A stretch of DNA of 53,755 nt from an uncultured Oscillospiraceae bacterium. GTDB taxonomy: Bacteria > Bacillota > Clostridia > Oscillospirales > Oscillospiraceae. Below the pieces are notes generated by a model that was not told the origin of the DNA, searched no databases, and saw only the letters and a program-made list of their open reading frames with translations. Shown in pieces: positions 41,878 to 50,601 of this stretch (within the stretch, counting starts at the first letter, position 1; each line of letters opens with the position of its first letter). The translations under genes and the position numbers were made by a program. The stretch covers positions 1 through 53,755 of the forward strand of contig CAZGBU010000002.1 of the NCBI GenBank assembly GCA_964523945.1, in the 5' to 3' direction.

Positions 41878-43428
41878 ATGGAACTGATCCGCAATGCGCT
41901 CGGCCGGGAGATTCCCGATTTTGTAGAGACCTACGGCGAAGTCCGCCCGTACCGGGGCGCGTTTGCCTCGCTTGGCGAGCATGAAACAGTCCCGGCGCGC
42001 CGTCGCGCCGCTGTGCCGGGGGAGAACAAGGTGCTTTCGTCTCTGGCAGAGGCAATTCAGAAGAGCGGCCTGAAAGACGGCATGACCGTCTCGTTCCACC
42101 ACCATCTGCGCAATGGCGACAAGGTGGTCAATCAGGTGATGCAGGCGATCGCCGAGGCCGGGCTGAAAGACATTCATCTCGCGGCGACGGGCCTGTTCAA
42201 GTGCCACGAGCCGCTGGTGGAGCTGATGGAGCGCGGCGTTGTGACCAAGATCACGACCAGCACGTTCAATCCCGGACCGGTGCCAAAGGCGGTAACGGCC
42301 GGCAAGCTGCGCAAGCCCGCGGTCCTGATGACGCACGGCGGCCGCCCGCGCGCGGTGGCGGAGGGCGAGCTGCACATTGACGTGGCGTTTATTGCAGCGC
42401 CGAGCTGCGACTGCATGGGCAACCTCAACGGCACGACTGGGCCGTCGGCCTGCGGCTTCCTGTCGTATGCATACGCTGACGCGCAGTATGCCGACTGTGT
42501 CGTCGCCGTAACGGATCATCTGGTCGACTATCCCTGCATGCCGATTGAGATCAGCCAGGAGCAGGTCGATTATGTGGTGCCCGTCGAGTCCATCGGCGAC
42601 CCGTCCGGCATTGTCTCCGGCACAACGGAGATTACAAAAGACCCGGTGCGGCTGGGCATCGCGGCGGACACGGCGAAGCTGATCGATGCGGCTGGCTATC
42701 TCAAGCCCGGCATGTCGTTCCAGACCGGCGCGGGTACGACCTCGCTCGCAGTGGCGGCCGAGGTTGGCCGGATGATGCACGAGCGCAATATCGTCGGCTC
42801 GTTTGCAAGCGGCGGCATTCATGCTTATCTCGTACAGATGCTCGAAGAGGGGATGTTTCGCGCGCTGGTCGACGTGCAGTGCTTCGACCTCGAGGCGGTG
42901 CGCTCCGCACGCGACGACAGCCGCCACCTCGGCATGAGCGCCGCAATGTATGGCGATATGCACAGCCGCGGCTGCCTGGTGAATAACTTGGATGTGGTCA
43001 TCCTCGGCGCAACGGAGATCGACGTTGACTTTAATGTCAATGTTGTCACTGGCTCCGACGGGACGATTATGGGCGCCTCGGGCGGCCACAGCGACACGGC
43101 GGCCGGCGCTAAGCTGACGATTGTCGTGTCGAATCTGATGAAAAAGGCGCGCTGCCTGGTCAAAAAGGCGGTGACGACCGTCACCACGCCGGGCGAAACC
43201 ATCGACGCGCTGGTGACCGAATATGGCATCGCGATCAACCCGCGCAGAACCGATCTGCTCGAGCGGCTTGCCGGCTCCGGCCTGCCGCTTGTCACAATGG
43301 AGGAGCTCCTGCAGAAGGGCTATGAGCTTGGCGCGCAGGAGGATCACCCGAACCTGACCGGCCGCATTGTCGCGCTGGTCGAATACCGCGACGGCACCAT
43401 CATCGACGTGGTGCGTCAGCCTGTCTGA
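41878..43428 (+). CDS. citF: citrate lyase alpha subunit homolog (citrate CoA-transferase family)
   Basis: Collinear with remembered E. coli CitF: GMTVSFHHHLRNGD, HIDVAFIAAPSCD, MSFQTGAGTTSLAV, NVNVVTGSDGTIMGASGGHSDTA, VEYRDGTIIDVV. Confidence 0.85.
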   Translation: MELIRNALGREIPDFVETYGEVRPYRGAFASLGEHETVPARRRAAVPGENKVLSSLAEAIQKSGLKDGMTVSFHHHLRNGDKVVNQVMQAIAEAGLKDIHLAATGLFKCHEPLVELMERGVVTKITTSTFNPGPVPKAVTAGKLRKPAVLMTHGGRPRAVAEGELHIDVAFIAAPSCDCMGNLNGTTGPSACGFLSYAYADAQYADCVVAVTDHLVDYPCMPIEISQEQVDYVVPVESIGDPSGIVSGTTEITKDPVRLGIAADTAKLIDAAGYLKPGMSFQTGAGTTSLAVAAEVGRMMHERNIVGSFASGGIHAYLVQMLEEGMFRALVDVQCFDLEAVRSARDDSRHLGMSAAMYGDMHSRGCLVNNLDVVILGATEIDVDFNVNVVTGSDGTIMGASGGHSDTAAGAKLTIVVSNLMKKARCLVKKAVTTVTTPGETIDALVTEYGIAINPRRTDLLERLAGSGLPLVTMEELLQKGYELGAQEDHPNLTGRIVALVEYRDGTIIDVVRQPV

Positions 43429-43468
43429 GCGTTTCCCAAATCTTTTACATATCAGGAGGAACACAAAA

Positions 43469-44362
43469 ATGGAAGTCATGAGAACCAGTCTGTACATCCC
43501 TGCAAACAATCCGGTGTTTGTCGGCAAGTGCTCGAAGTATCCCGCAGACATCATCACCTTTGACATTGAGGACGCCGTCCCGCCGCAGGAGAAGGCCAAC
43601 GCCCGCAAAATGGCGGCCGACAACCTGATCAAGGCAGGCGAAAACGGCGCGGAGGTCTATGTCCGCGTCAATGGCTGGCACACCGAGTACACCAACGACG
43701 ACCTTGAGGCCGTTGTCCAGCCGGGGCTGAATGGCATCACCCTGCCGAAAACCCGCAACGCCGACGATGTCAAACGCCTCGACTGGAAGATCTCCGAGCT
43801 CGAAGAGCGCCGCGGCATCCCGGCCGGCACCGTCAAGATTTCCGTCCTGCTCGAGACTGCTGAGGGCATCATGAACGCCTATCAGATCTGCACGGCCAGC
43901 CCGCGCATCGTCTCCGCGTTCTTCGGCGCCGTCGACTACTGCGCCGACCTGCGTATCACCCGCACAAATCTTGCCGAGGAGCAGAAAGTCGCCCGCACAA
44001 TCGTCGCCATCGCTGCGCGCGCTGCCGGCATCGTCGCGCTCGACGCGCCGTTCGCCGACTACTCCAACATGGACGACTTCCGCCAGAACACGCTTGACGG
44101 CCGCCAGATGGGCTACGAGGGCCGCATGATTATCCATCCGAGCCAGATTGCCGTTGCGCACGAGCTCTATTCCCCGACGGCTGAGGAAGTTGAGCATGCC
44201 GCCAAGGTCAAGAAATTCTTCGAGGAAGAGGGCCTGGCCAAGGGCCTTGCCTCCGTCTCGATGGATGGCGCGATGGTCGATACGCCGGTCTATGTCAGCG
44301 CCTGCCAGGTGCTTGAGCGCTATGAAGCGATTCAGGCCAAGGAGGCCGCCGGCAAGAAATAA
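43469..44362 (+). CDS. citE: citrate lyase beta subunit / citryl(malyl/citramalyl)-CoA lyase family (HpcH/HpaI aldolase fold)
   Basis: SLYIPANNP...FDIEDAV...VRVNG...LPKT...LLETAEG...FGAVDY...IHPSQI motifs of CitE. AGGAGGA SD. Confidence 0.8.
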   Translation: MEVMRTSLYIPANNPVFVGKCSKYPADIITFDIEDAVPPQEKANARKMAADNLIKAGENGAEVYVRVNGWHTEYTNDDLEAVVQPGLNGITLPKTRNADDVKRLDWKISELEERRGIPAGTVKISVLLETAEGIMNAYQICTASPRIVSAFFGAVDYCADLRITRTNLAEEQKVARTIVAIAARAAGIVALDAPFADYSNMDDFRQNTLDGRQMGYEGRMIIHPSQIAVAHELYSPTAEEVEHAAKVKKFFEEEGLAKGLASVSMDGAMVDTPVYVSACQVLERYEAIQAKEAAGKK

Positions 44363-44377
44363 GGGAGGGACTTCTCT

Positions 44378-45331
44378 GTGAAAATCGTTCTTCTCGAACC
44401 GCTGGGCATCTCTGCCCAGCGGCTCGAAGCGCTCTCTGCCGGCCTGATCCGGCAGGGGAATGAATTTGTCGCCTATGACACGGTCGAGACCGATGTCGAG
44501 GCGCTTAAAAAACGTGCGGCGGGTGCCGACATTCTGATGATCGCGAACCATGCCCTGCCGGGCGAGGTGATCGAGAGCGTCGACAATCTCCAGTATATCT
44601 CAGTGGCGTTCGTCGGCATCGACCACATCGGCAAGGATGCCTGCGTGAAGAAGGGAATTCGCGTTTCCAATGCAGCGGGCTATTGCCGGGACGCGGTGGC
44701 GGAGCTGGCGCTTGGTCTGGCGCTCGATTGCCTGCGCAACATTTCTGCATGCAACGACGTCGTCCGCCATGGCGGCACAAAGGACGGCCTGATTGGGCAC
44801 GAGCTGCATGGCCGCACGGTCGGCATCATCGGCACCGGCGACACCGGCATCCGCACCGCGGAGCTCTACCGCGCATTTGGCTGCCGCGTCCTCGGCTATA
44901 GCCGCACCGAGCGCGAAGCGGCCAAGCAGGCGGGCATTGTGTATGTCCCGCTTGACGAGCTGCTTGCGCAGAGCGATATTGTCTCGGTCCACACGCCGCT
45001 GACCGATCAGACACGCGGCCTGATCGGTGCAGACGCGGTCGCGAAGATGAAGCCGGGTGCGATCCTGATCAACACCTCGCGCGGCCCCGTGGTCGATTCA
45101 CAGGCGGTTGCGGACGCGCTCCGCAGCGGCCGGCTTGGCGCGATGGGTACGGACGTGTTTGAGGATGAGCCGCCGGTTGCGGCAGATCATCCGCTGCTGA
45201 CGGCGCCGCACGTCGTCGCGACGCCGCATGTGGCGTTTGCTACGCTGGAATCCATCGACCGCCGGGCACAGATCACGTTTGACAACGTGGAAAAATGGCT
45301 GCAGGGCACGCTGCAGAATCCAATGCTGTAA
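44378..45331 (+). CDS. D-isomer-specific 2-hydroxyacid dehydrogenase (PGDH/GhrB-like)
   Basis: GRTVGIIGTGDTGIRTA NAD fold, INTSRGPVVD, TDVFEDEP, ATPHVAF (Arg-Glu-His triad context). GTG start behind AGGGAGGGA. Confidence 0.8.
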   Translation: MKIVLLEPLGISAQRLEALSAGLIRQGNEFVAYDTVETDVEALKKRAAGADILMIANHALPGEVIESVDNLQYISVAFVGIDHIGKDACVKKGIRVSNAAGYCRDAVAELALGLALDCLRNISACNDVVRHGGTKDGLIGHELHGRTVGIIGTGDTGIRTAELYRAFGCRVLGYSRTEREAAKQAGIVYVPLDELLAQSDIVSVHTPLTDQTRGLIGADAVAKMKPGAILINTSRGPVVDSQAVADALRSGRLGAMGTDVFEDEPPVAADHPLLTAPHVVATPHVAFATLESIDRRAQITFDNVEKWLQGTLQNPML

Positions 45332-45346
45332 ACGGCAGGTGGCGAT

Positions 45347-46126
45347 ATGGAAGAAAAACTCTCCAAGCTGAATCAGTCGGTGGAAAAGACCATGCGGCTG
45401 GTGGAGATCATGGCGCGCTCCGGCGCACCACGCAAACTCCAGAGCATCGCGCAGGAGGCGCAGATGCCGGCCAGTACGGCGCTGCGGATGCTCAACACCA
45501 TGCTGACGCTTGGTTATGTCAACCAAGATCCGGAGACGTTGAAGTATTCTCTGTCGCTGAAGTTTACCCATCTGGGAGAACAGGCTGCGGCGCAGGTCAG
45601 TCCGACGTCGCTGGCGCACCCACTGCTGGCTGCGCTGAGCCGTAAGACAGGCGAGTGCACCTGCTTCGCGGAGGAACAGGATGATCAGGCGGTCTATCTC
45701 GACGTGGTTTCTGACAGCGCCGACAATATCCTGACCATTACACGCCGGATCGGCAAGCGCGCCCCGCTGTACTGCACAGGTGTCGGAAAGCTGTTTCTGC
45801 TCAACGACACGCACGAGGAGTTGGAGCAATATTTCCAGCGGACGCCGATTGTCCGCTACACGGATCACACCATCACGACGCTCGCGGAGCTTGAGACGGA
45901 GCTTCAGACGATCCGCGCCAACGGCTTCGCCTACGACAATGAAGAGTGCGACCGCGGTGCGCGCTGCATCGCCGCGCCGGTGCGCAACTATACCGGGCGC
46001 GTTGTTGCGGCCATCAGCGTGACGGCACCGTCGCAGCGCATGACGGCTGAACGGATGGAGGGCCTGATTCCATTGGTGCAGGAAACCGCGGTGCAGATCT
46101 CCCGCAAACTGGCCTATGGCGGCTGA
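45347..46126 (+). CDS. IclR-family transcriptional regulator
   Basis: N-terminal wHTH (KTMRLVEIMARSGAPRKLQSIAQEAQMPASTALRMLNTM) and a C-terminal IclR effector domain (GFAYDNEECDRGARCIAAPV). Confidence 0.85.
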   Translation: MEEKLSKLNQSVEKTMRLVEIMARSGAPRKLQSIAQEAQMPASTALRMLNTMLTLGYVNQDPETLKYSLSLKFTHLGEQAAAQVSPTSLAHPLLAALSRKTGECTCFAEEQDDQAVYLDVVSDSADNILTITRRIGKRAPLYCTGVGKLFLLNDTHEELEQYFQRTPIVRYTDHTITTLAELETELQTIRANGFAYDNEECDRGARCIAAPVRNYTGRVVAAISVTAPSQRMTAERMEGLIPLVQETAVQISRKLAYGG

Positions 46127-46138
46127 ACGGAGGATTGT

Positions 46139-47137
46139 ATGAAGTTATCGAAAATTGCTGTATTTGCCGACGCCCCGATGCACCATGTGACGCAGGAGGA
46201 TCTCACAACCCTGCGCGCTGCGGCACCCGACGTGGCAATCTACCTGGTAGACACGCCGCAGGAGCTCGCGCAGCTTGCACCGGATGTGGATGCCATCTTT
46301 ACCATGCCGGTGCGCGACTTTACGCCGCTGATCGAATACTGCGCCGGCGACCCGAATCTCAAATGGCTCCAGCTGATGACGGCAGGGTTTGATTTCCTGT
46401 TCGGCACACCGTTTGAGCGGCAGCCGGGCCTGACGGTCACCTCGACGATCGGCATTCATGGCGAGCCGATTTCCGACCATGCGCTGGCGATGATGTTCGG
46501 CCATGTGCGACTGATGGCGGAGGCGTACCGGCTGCAGAGCCGGCATGAGTGGATGGGTGAAGTCACCCCCGGCTTTGATGAGATTGGCCGTAAGACCGTC
46601 GGTATCATCGGCCCCGGCGCGATCGGCATGTGCCTGGCGCGCAAGTGCAAGGCGCTCGGCATGACCGTCTATGGCGCAAAGCGCACGCCTGTGCAGAGCG
46701 AATATCTTGATCACTGCTGGCCGATTGCCGAACTCGACAAGATGCTGGCTGTGTCGGATTTTGTCGTTGTCACCTCGCCGCTGACCGAGCAGACACGCGG
46801 TATGCTGAACGCAGAGCGGTTCGCCGCAATGAAGCCGGGCGCGTATGTCATCAACCTTGCGCGCGGCCCGATCATTGTGAACGAGGCGCTGATCGACGCG
46901 CTGCGCTCGGGCCATATCTCTGGCGCCGGACTGGATGTGACGGACCCGGAGCCGCTGCCGGCAGACAGCCCGCTCTGGGATCTGCCCGGCGTGACGATTA
47001 CGAGTCATGTCTCGGCACAGTCGCCGTATTATTTCGAGCGCGCGCTGGAGAACTACTGCGAAAATGTGCGTCGTTTTCTTGCGGACGAGCCGCTGCGCAA
47101 CGTCTGCAAACAGCCGGACGGCGTGCTGACAAAGTGA
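46139..47137 (+). CDS. D-isomer-specific 2-hydroxyacid dehydrogenase, second paralog
   Basis: KTVGIIGPGAIGMCLA, INLARGPIIV, LDVTDPEP, TSHVSA. Confidence 0.8.
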   Translation: MKLSKIAVFADAPMHHVTQEDLTTLRAAAPDVAIYLVDTPQELAQLAPDVDAIFTMPVRDFTPLIEYCAGDPNLKWLQLMTAGFDFLFGTPFERQPGLTVTSTIGIHGEPISDHALAMMFGHVRLMAEAYRLQSRHEWMGEVTPGFDEIGRKTVGIIGPGAIGMCLARKCKALGMTVYGAKRTPVQSEYLDHCWPIAELDKMLAVSDFVVVTSPLTEQTRGMLNAERFAAMKPGAYVINLARGPIIVNEALIDALRSGHISGAGLDVTDPEPLPADSPLWDLPGVTITSHVSAQSPYYFERALENYCENVRRFLADEPLRNVCKQPDGVLTK

Positions 47138-47147
47138 GGGACAAGGC

Positions 47148-48056
47148 ATGAAAGCATTTATTATCGGCAGCGGAACGCTTGGATCGACAACGGCGTTCCT
47201 GCTGGCGGAGCACGGATTGTATGACGAGATCGTCCTGTTTGATACCTATGAGCCGCTGGCGCTCAACCATTCGATGGATCTTTTGCAGTCGGTCTGCCTG
47301 ACGACGAATGTCTCGGTTCGCCAGGGCGGGCTCGATCAGATGGAGGGCAGCGACCTGGTGGTGATGTCAGCTGGCCTGCGCTCGAAATCCAGCTCGCCGG
47401 ACTTTGTCGGGACAGCGGTGGAAATGGCCCCGTTGCTGACACAGATTGCCGACGCGCTGCGCACTGCGCCGAACGCCATTGTCATCACGATGACAAATCC
47501 GGTGGATGCACTCTCATATCTGCTCTGCCGGCTGTCCGGCCTGCCGGAGAAACAGTTCCTTGGTTTTACCTGGAACGATTCCTTGCGCTTTCGCTGGTCG
47601 ATTGCGCGTGGCCTCGGTGTCACGCCGGCGCAGGTCGACGCGTATATGGTCGGCGAGCATGGTATGTCCAAGGTGGCTGTCTGGTCGGATGTTCGTGTCG
47701 ATGGCGTGCCGCGTGTATTTACAGCGGACGAGCGCGCGCAGATTGGTGCGGCGCAGGACGCATTCTGGTCGGAATTTATGAAAGTCGGCAGCCTGCGCAC
47801 CGCCGGCTGGACGACGGCCTATGGCGCGCTGCAGCAGATCCACTATGTGCTCGGCGAGCTGGAAGGCTGGTGCCCGTGCTCGGCGATCACCGGCGATTAC
47901 AGTTCCGGCCGTCCGGCAAGACTGAGCCGCGAGGGCCTGGTGGAGCTCCGCCCGCTGCATCTGGCGGACGATGAGCAGGCGCTCTACGACCAGTCGATTG
48001 CCAGGATCCGCGGGATGATCCACGACATCGCACAGCAGGCTGGCTGGAAAATCTGA
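47148..48056 (+). CDS. L-lactate/malate dehydrogenase-family enzyme with atypical substrate loop
   Basis: IIGSGTLGSTTAF...LFD Rossmann, TNPVD, NDSLRFR, GEHG (catalytic His). The loop reads SAGLRSKSSSPDFVG instead of AG.(R/Q)K.G..R.DL. Confidence 0.7.
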   Translation: MKAFIIGSGTLGSTTAFLLAEHGLYDEIVLFDTYEPLALNHSMDLLQSVCLTTNVSVRQGGLDQMEGSDLVVMSAGLRSKSSSPDFVGTAVEMAPLLTQIADALRTAPNAIVITMTNPVDALSYLLCRLSGLPEKQFLGFTWNDSLRFRWSIARGLGVTPAQVDAYMVGEHGMSKVAVWSDVRVDGVPRVFTADERAQIGAAQDAFWSEFMKVGSLRTAGWTTAYGALQQIHYVLGELEGWCPCSAITGDYSSGRPARLSREGLVELRPLHLADDEQALYDQSIARIRGMIHDIAQQAGWKI

Positions 48057-48151
48057 TTTAAAACGGGAGAACGGCCCCTGCGGCGCAACGGCTGCAGGGG
48101 CTGTCTGCATTCCAGCCCGGCAAGGAGGCGTTTTCTCTGAACCAGTCAACG

Positions 48152-49498
48152 ATGATCCGGGATCTGACAACCGGCAATGTATTTCGCCAGCTTGTACGTT
48201 TTGCGATCCCGTTTGTGATCTCCAACACACTGCAGACGCTTTATAACATCGTCGACATGATCGTCATCGGCCATTTTGTTGGGGCGGTTGGGCTGTCAGC
48301 CGTTTCGACGAGCGCAGAGCTGATGACGCTTGGCACGATGATTGGCATCGGTTTTGCCACTGCCGGCCAGACGATGATCGCACAGTATGTTGGCCGCAAA
48401 GATGAGGCGGCCATCCAACGCACGGTGGGCAACCTGTTCACACTGATGCTGATTCTGGGCGTGTCGGTGATGCTGATTGGCTGCGCGTTTACCGGGCCGC
48501 TGCTCACTTGGATGAACACGCCCGCGGAGGCGCTCAGCCAGGCACGCGCATACGCGCTGATCTGCTTCCTCGGTATGGTGTTTATCTTTGGATACAACAC
48601 CGTCAGTGCAGTGCTGCGCGGCATGGGAGACAGTGTCCGCCCGTGCATCTTCATCGCGGTTGCCGCGGTGACAAATCTGGTGCTTGATCTTGTGTTTGTC
48701 GCCGGACTGCATATGGATGCGGCCGGCGCGGCGTTGGCGACGGTGATTGGGCAGGCTGTCTCGTTCATCGGCTCCATGATCTACCTGTACCGGCGGCGGG
48801 CGGCATTCTGCTTTGACTTTCGGCTGAGAAGCTTTGCGCTCGACAGCAAAACTGCGCGGATGATGTGCCGGCTTGGCCTGCCGATGATCGTTCAGTCGGC
48901 GGCGCTGAATCTCTCGCAGATGGTTGTCACGTCGATGGTCAATACGTTTGGCATTGTTGCCTCGACCGTCACCGGCGTCGGCAGCAAGATCTGTTCGGTG
49001 ATGAATATCTGTTCGCAGTCGCTCGGTGCGGGCGGCGCGTCGATGGTGGGGCAGAACCTCGGTGCGGGCAAACATGACAGGGTTGTCCGCATCTACTGGG
49101 AGACATTCGGAATTACGGCGGCCGCAGCTGTGATGTCTGTGATTATGCTTGTATGGCCTGAGCAGGTGTTCCGGCTGTTCAACACCGATCCGGAGGTCCT
49201 GGCCATGGCGCGGTCGTATTCAATTATCGCGGTCATCAACTTCTTCGGCTTTGCGCTGCGCACACCGGCACAGGCGCTCATCAGCGGACTCGGCTTCGCG
49301 TCGTACTGCCTGGCGATGGGGATTATGGACGGCGTTGTCGCGCGCATCGGGCTGTCGGCGCTGCTGTGCTATGGGCTGGACATGGGGATTTTTGGCCTCT
49401 GGCTCGGCGGCACGCTTGCGGGCTATGTGACCGGCGTGATGGGACATATCTATTACATGACTGGCCGCTGGCGCACCCGCCGCCTGGCCATCGAATAA
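48152..49498 (+). CDS. MATE family efflux transporter
   Basis: RDLTTGNVFRQLVRFAIPFVISNTLQTLYNIVDMIVIGHFVG N-terminus and 12 hydrophobic segments. No well-spaced SD for ATG 48152. Confidence 0.8.
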   Translation: MIRDLTTGNVFRQLVRFAIPFVISNTLQTLYNIVDMIVIGHFVGAVGLSAVSTSAELMTLGTMIGIGFATAGQTMIAQYVGRKDEAAIQRTVGNLFTLMLILGVSVMLIGCAFTGPLLTWMNTPAEALSQARAYALICFLGMVFIFGYNTVSAVLRGMGDSVRPCIFIAVAAVTNLVLDLVFVAGLHMDAAGAALATVIGQAVSFIGSMIYLYRRRAAFCFDFRLRSFALDSKTARMMCRLGLPMIVQSAALNLSQMVVTSMVNTFGIVASTVTGVGSKICSVMNICSQSLGAGGASMVGQNLGAGKHDRVVRIYWETFGITAAAAVMSVIMLVWPEQVFRLFNTDPEVLAMARSYSIIAVINFFGFALRTPAQALISGLGFASYCLAMGIMDGVVARIGLSALLCYGLDMGIFGLWLGGTLAGYVTGVMGHIYYMTGRWRTRRLAIE

Positions 49499-49500
49499 GT

Positions 49501-49541
49501 ACAAGCCCGGCATGGCCATGCGGCCATGCCGGGCTTGTTTG
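49501..49541. terminator. bidirectional terminator between the MATE and opine-dehydrogenase genes
   Basis: acaagcccggcatggcc-atgc-ggccatgccgggcttgt, a 17-bp stem followed by ttgt. Confidence 0.8.
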
Positions 49542-49551
49542 TATTGTGCGA

Positions 49552-50601
49552 TTATGAGATCATGCTGAGCATGCGCTCAAAATCGATGGCGTCCTCATTG
49601 CGGCCGGTACGGTAGAAGTCGCGGCGGTAGACAACATTGGCCCAGTGGATTGCAGCATCGATCACGTCCGTCCGAACGCCCAGCCTCCAGCCCAGCGAGC
49701 TGACCGGGACGCAGCCGGTCTGGATGTCCTCGAAGATATAGCGGGTGTCAATGTCGGTCGGTGCGAGCACGTCCTGATATGCGTGTGTGTTCTGGATGCG
49801 CTCATAGAGCGTGTCGCCCTGGGAACCATAGCGGTCCGCGAGCCACTCAGCGGCGGTCGGCACCGCCACACCGGCGGCTTTTGCCACGGCGACGCGCTCC
49901 GCATCGATCTGCTCGAGCACGCTGGCGACGAGCGGGGAAATGCCATCGATATAATAGCGGAAGTCCTCCTTGGCCTCGATGCGGGTGATGTTCATCAGGA
50001 TCGGCAGGGGATGGAATACCATGCCGATGTTGGACAACCCTGTTTCAAGCACACTGGCGGCCGGCTCCACGCTCGGAAACAGTTCCCGGAGCAGCGCTGT
50101 GAGGCGCGGTGTGTCGGCGTTATCGTGTCCGGCAACGCGCAGGCCGTGTTTGATTTCATAGATCACGGGATGACCGACCGCCTTGCAGCGGCAGGTGAAG
50201 ACGAACGTGTCCGTTTCGCCCAGGATGACGTTGGCAGTGCAGCCGCAGTCAGCGAGCGCTTTGGCAACAGTAAATGTGCCGAACGTGCGGCCGGGATTGA
50301 GTATGACAACCTGCCCGTCTGTGAGATACGGGGCCATCTCACGGGCGATGACGCCATGGTACTGCGCCGGTGTGGTGACCATGATCAGCTCTGCGCCTGA
50401 GATCACCTCGTCCATATGGCAGCTGATCAGGTCAACGTCTGTCTCACAGACAACCTGCCCGCTCAGCGAAAAGTGGCGCTCGGGAAACATATCCACGCGT
50501 GCCTGTTCGCGCGCGTAGAGCGTGACGCTGTGCCCCTGATTAGCCAGGTATGCGGCCAGTGACTGACCGCCGTTGCCCGAACTGATGACTGCAATCCGCA
50601 T
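49552..50601 (-). CDS. NAD(P)-dependent opine (octopine/nopaline) dehydrogenase-family oxidoreductase
   Basis: MRIAVISSGNGGQSLAAYLA Rossmann N-terminus. The C-half LSNIGMVFHPLPILMN...YIDGISP...DTRYIFEDIQTGCVP matches the Octopine_DH domain pattern. GGGAGGAAAG SD. Confidence 0.75.
   Translation of the reverse strand: MRIAVISSGNGGQSLAAYLANQGHSVTLYAREQARVDMFPERHFSLSGQVVCETDVDLISCHMDEVISGAELIMVTTPAQYHGVIAREMAPYLTDGQVVILNPGRTFGTFTVAKALADCGCTANVILGETDTFVFTCRCKAVGHPVIYEIKHGLRVAGHDNADTPRLTALLRELFPSVEPAASVLETGLSNIGMVFHPLPILMNITRIEAKEDFRYYIDGISPLVASVLEQIDAERVAVAKAAGVAVPTAAEWLADRYGSQGDTLYERIQNTHAYQDVLAPTDIDTRYIFEDIQTGCVPVSSLGWRLGVRTDVIDAAIHWANVVYRRDFYRTGRNEDAIDFERMLSMIS

Noticed and set aside
48137-48151. 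An upstream CTG (48137), well spaced from AAGGAGG (48122-48128), as the true start of the second MATE gene.
   Set aside because: CTG starts are rare and the N-terminal family motif begins after ATG 48152. ATG 48152 is kept, with a note that it lacks a well-spaced SD.
28231-49075. Other long shadow ORFs: 28231-29817(-), 37354-39462(+), 40485-41666(+), 41851-43632(-), 43445-44551(-), 46145-47149(-), 47514-48230(-), 48296-49075(-), 22248-23306(-), 24534-25256(-).
   Set aside because: Each lies opposite a gene with unambiguous family motifs (accD/accA, ER3, M24, citF, citE, 2-HADH, MDH-like, MATE, fabK, fabG/fabF). The translations are Arg/Gly/Ala/His-rich with no domain signatures.
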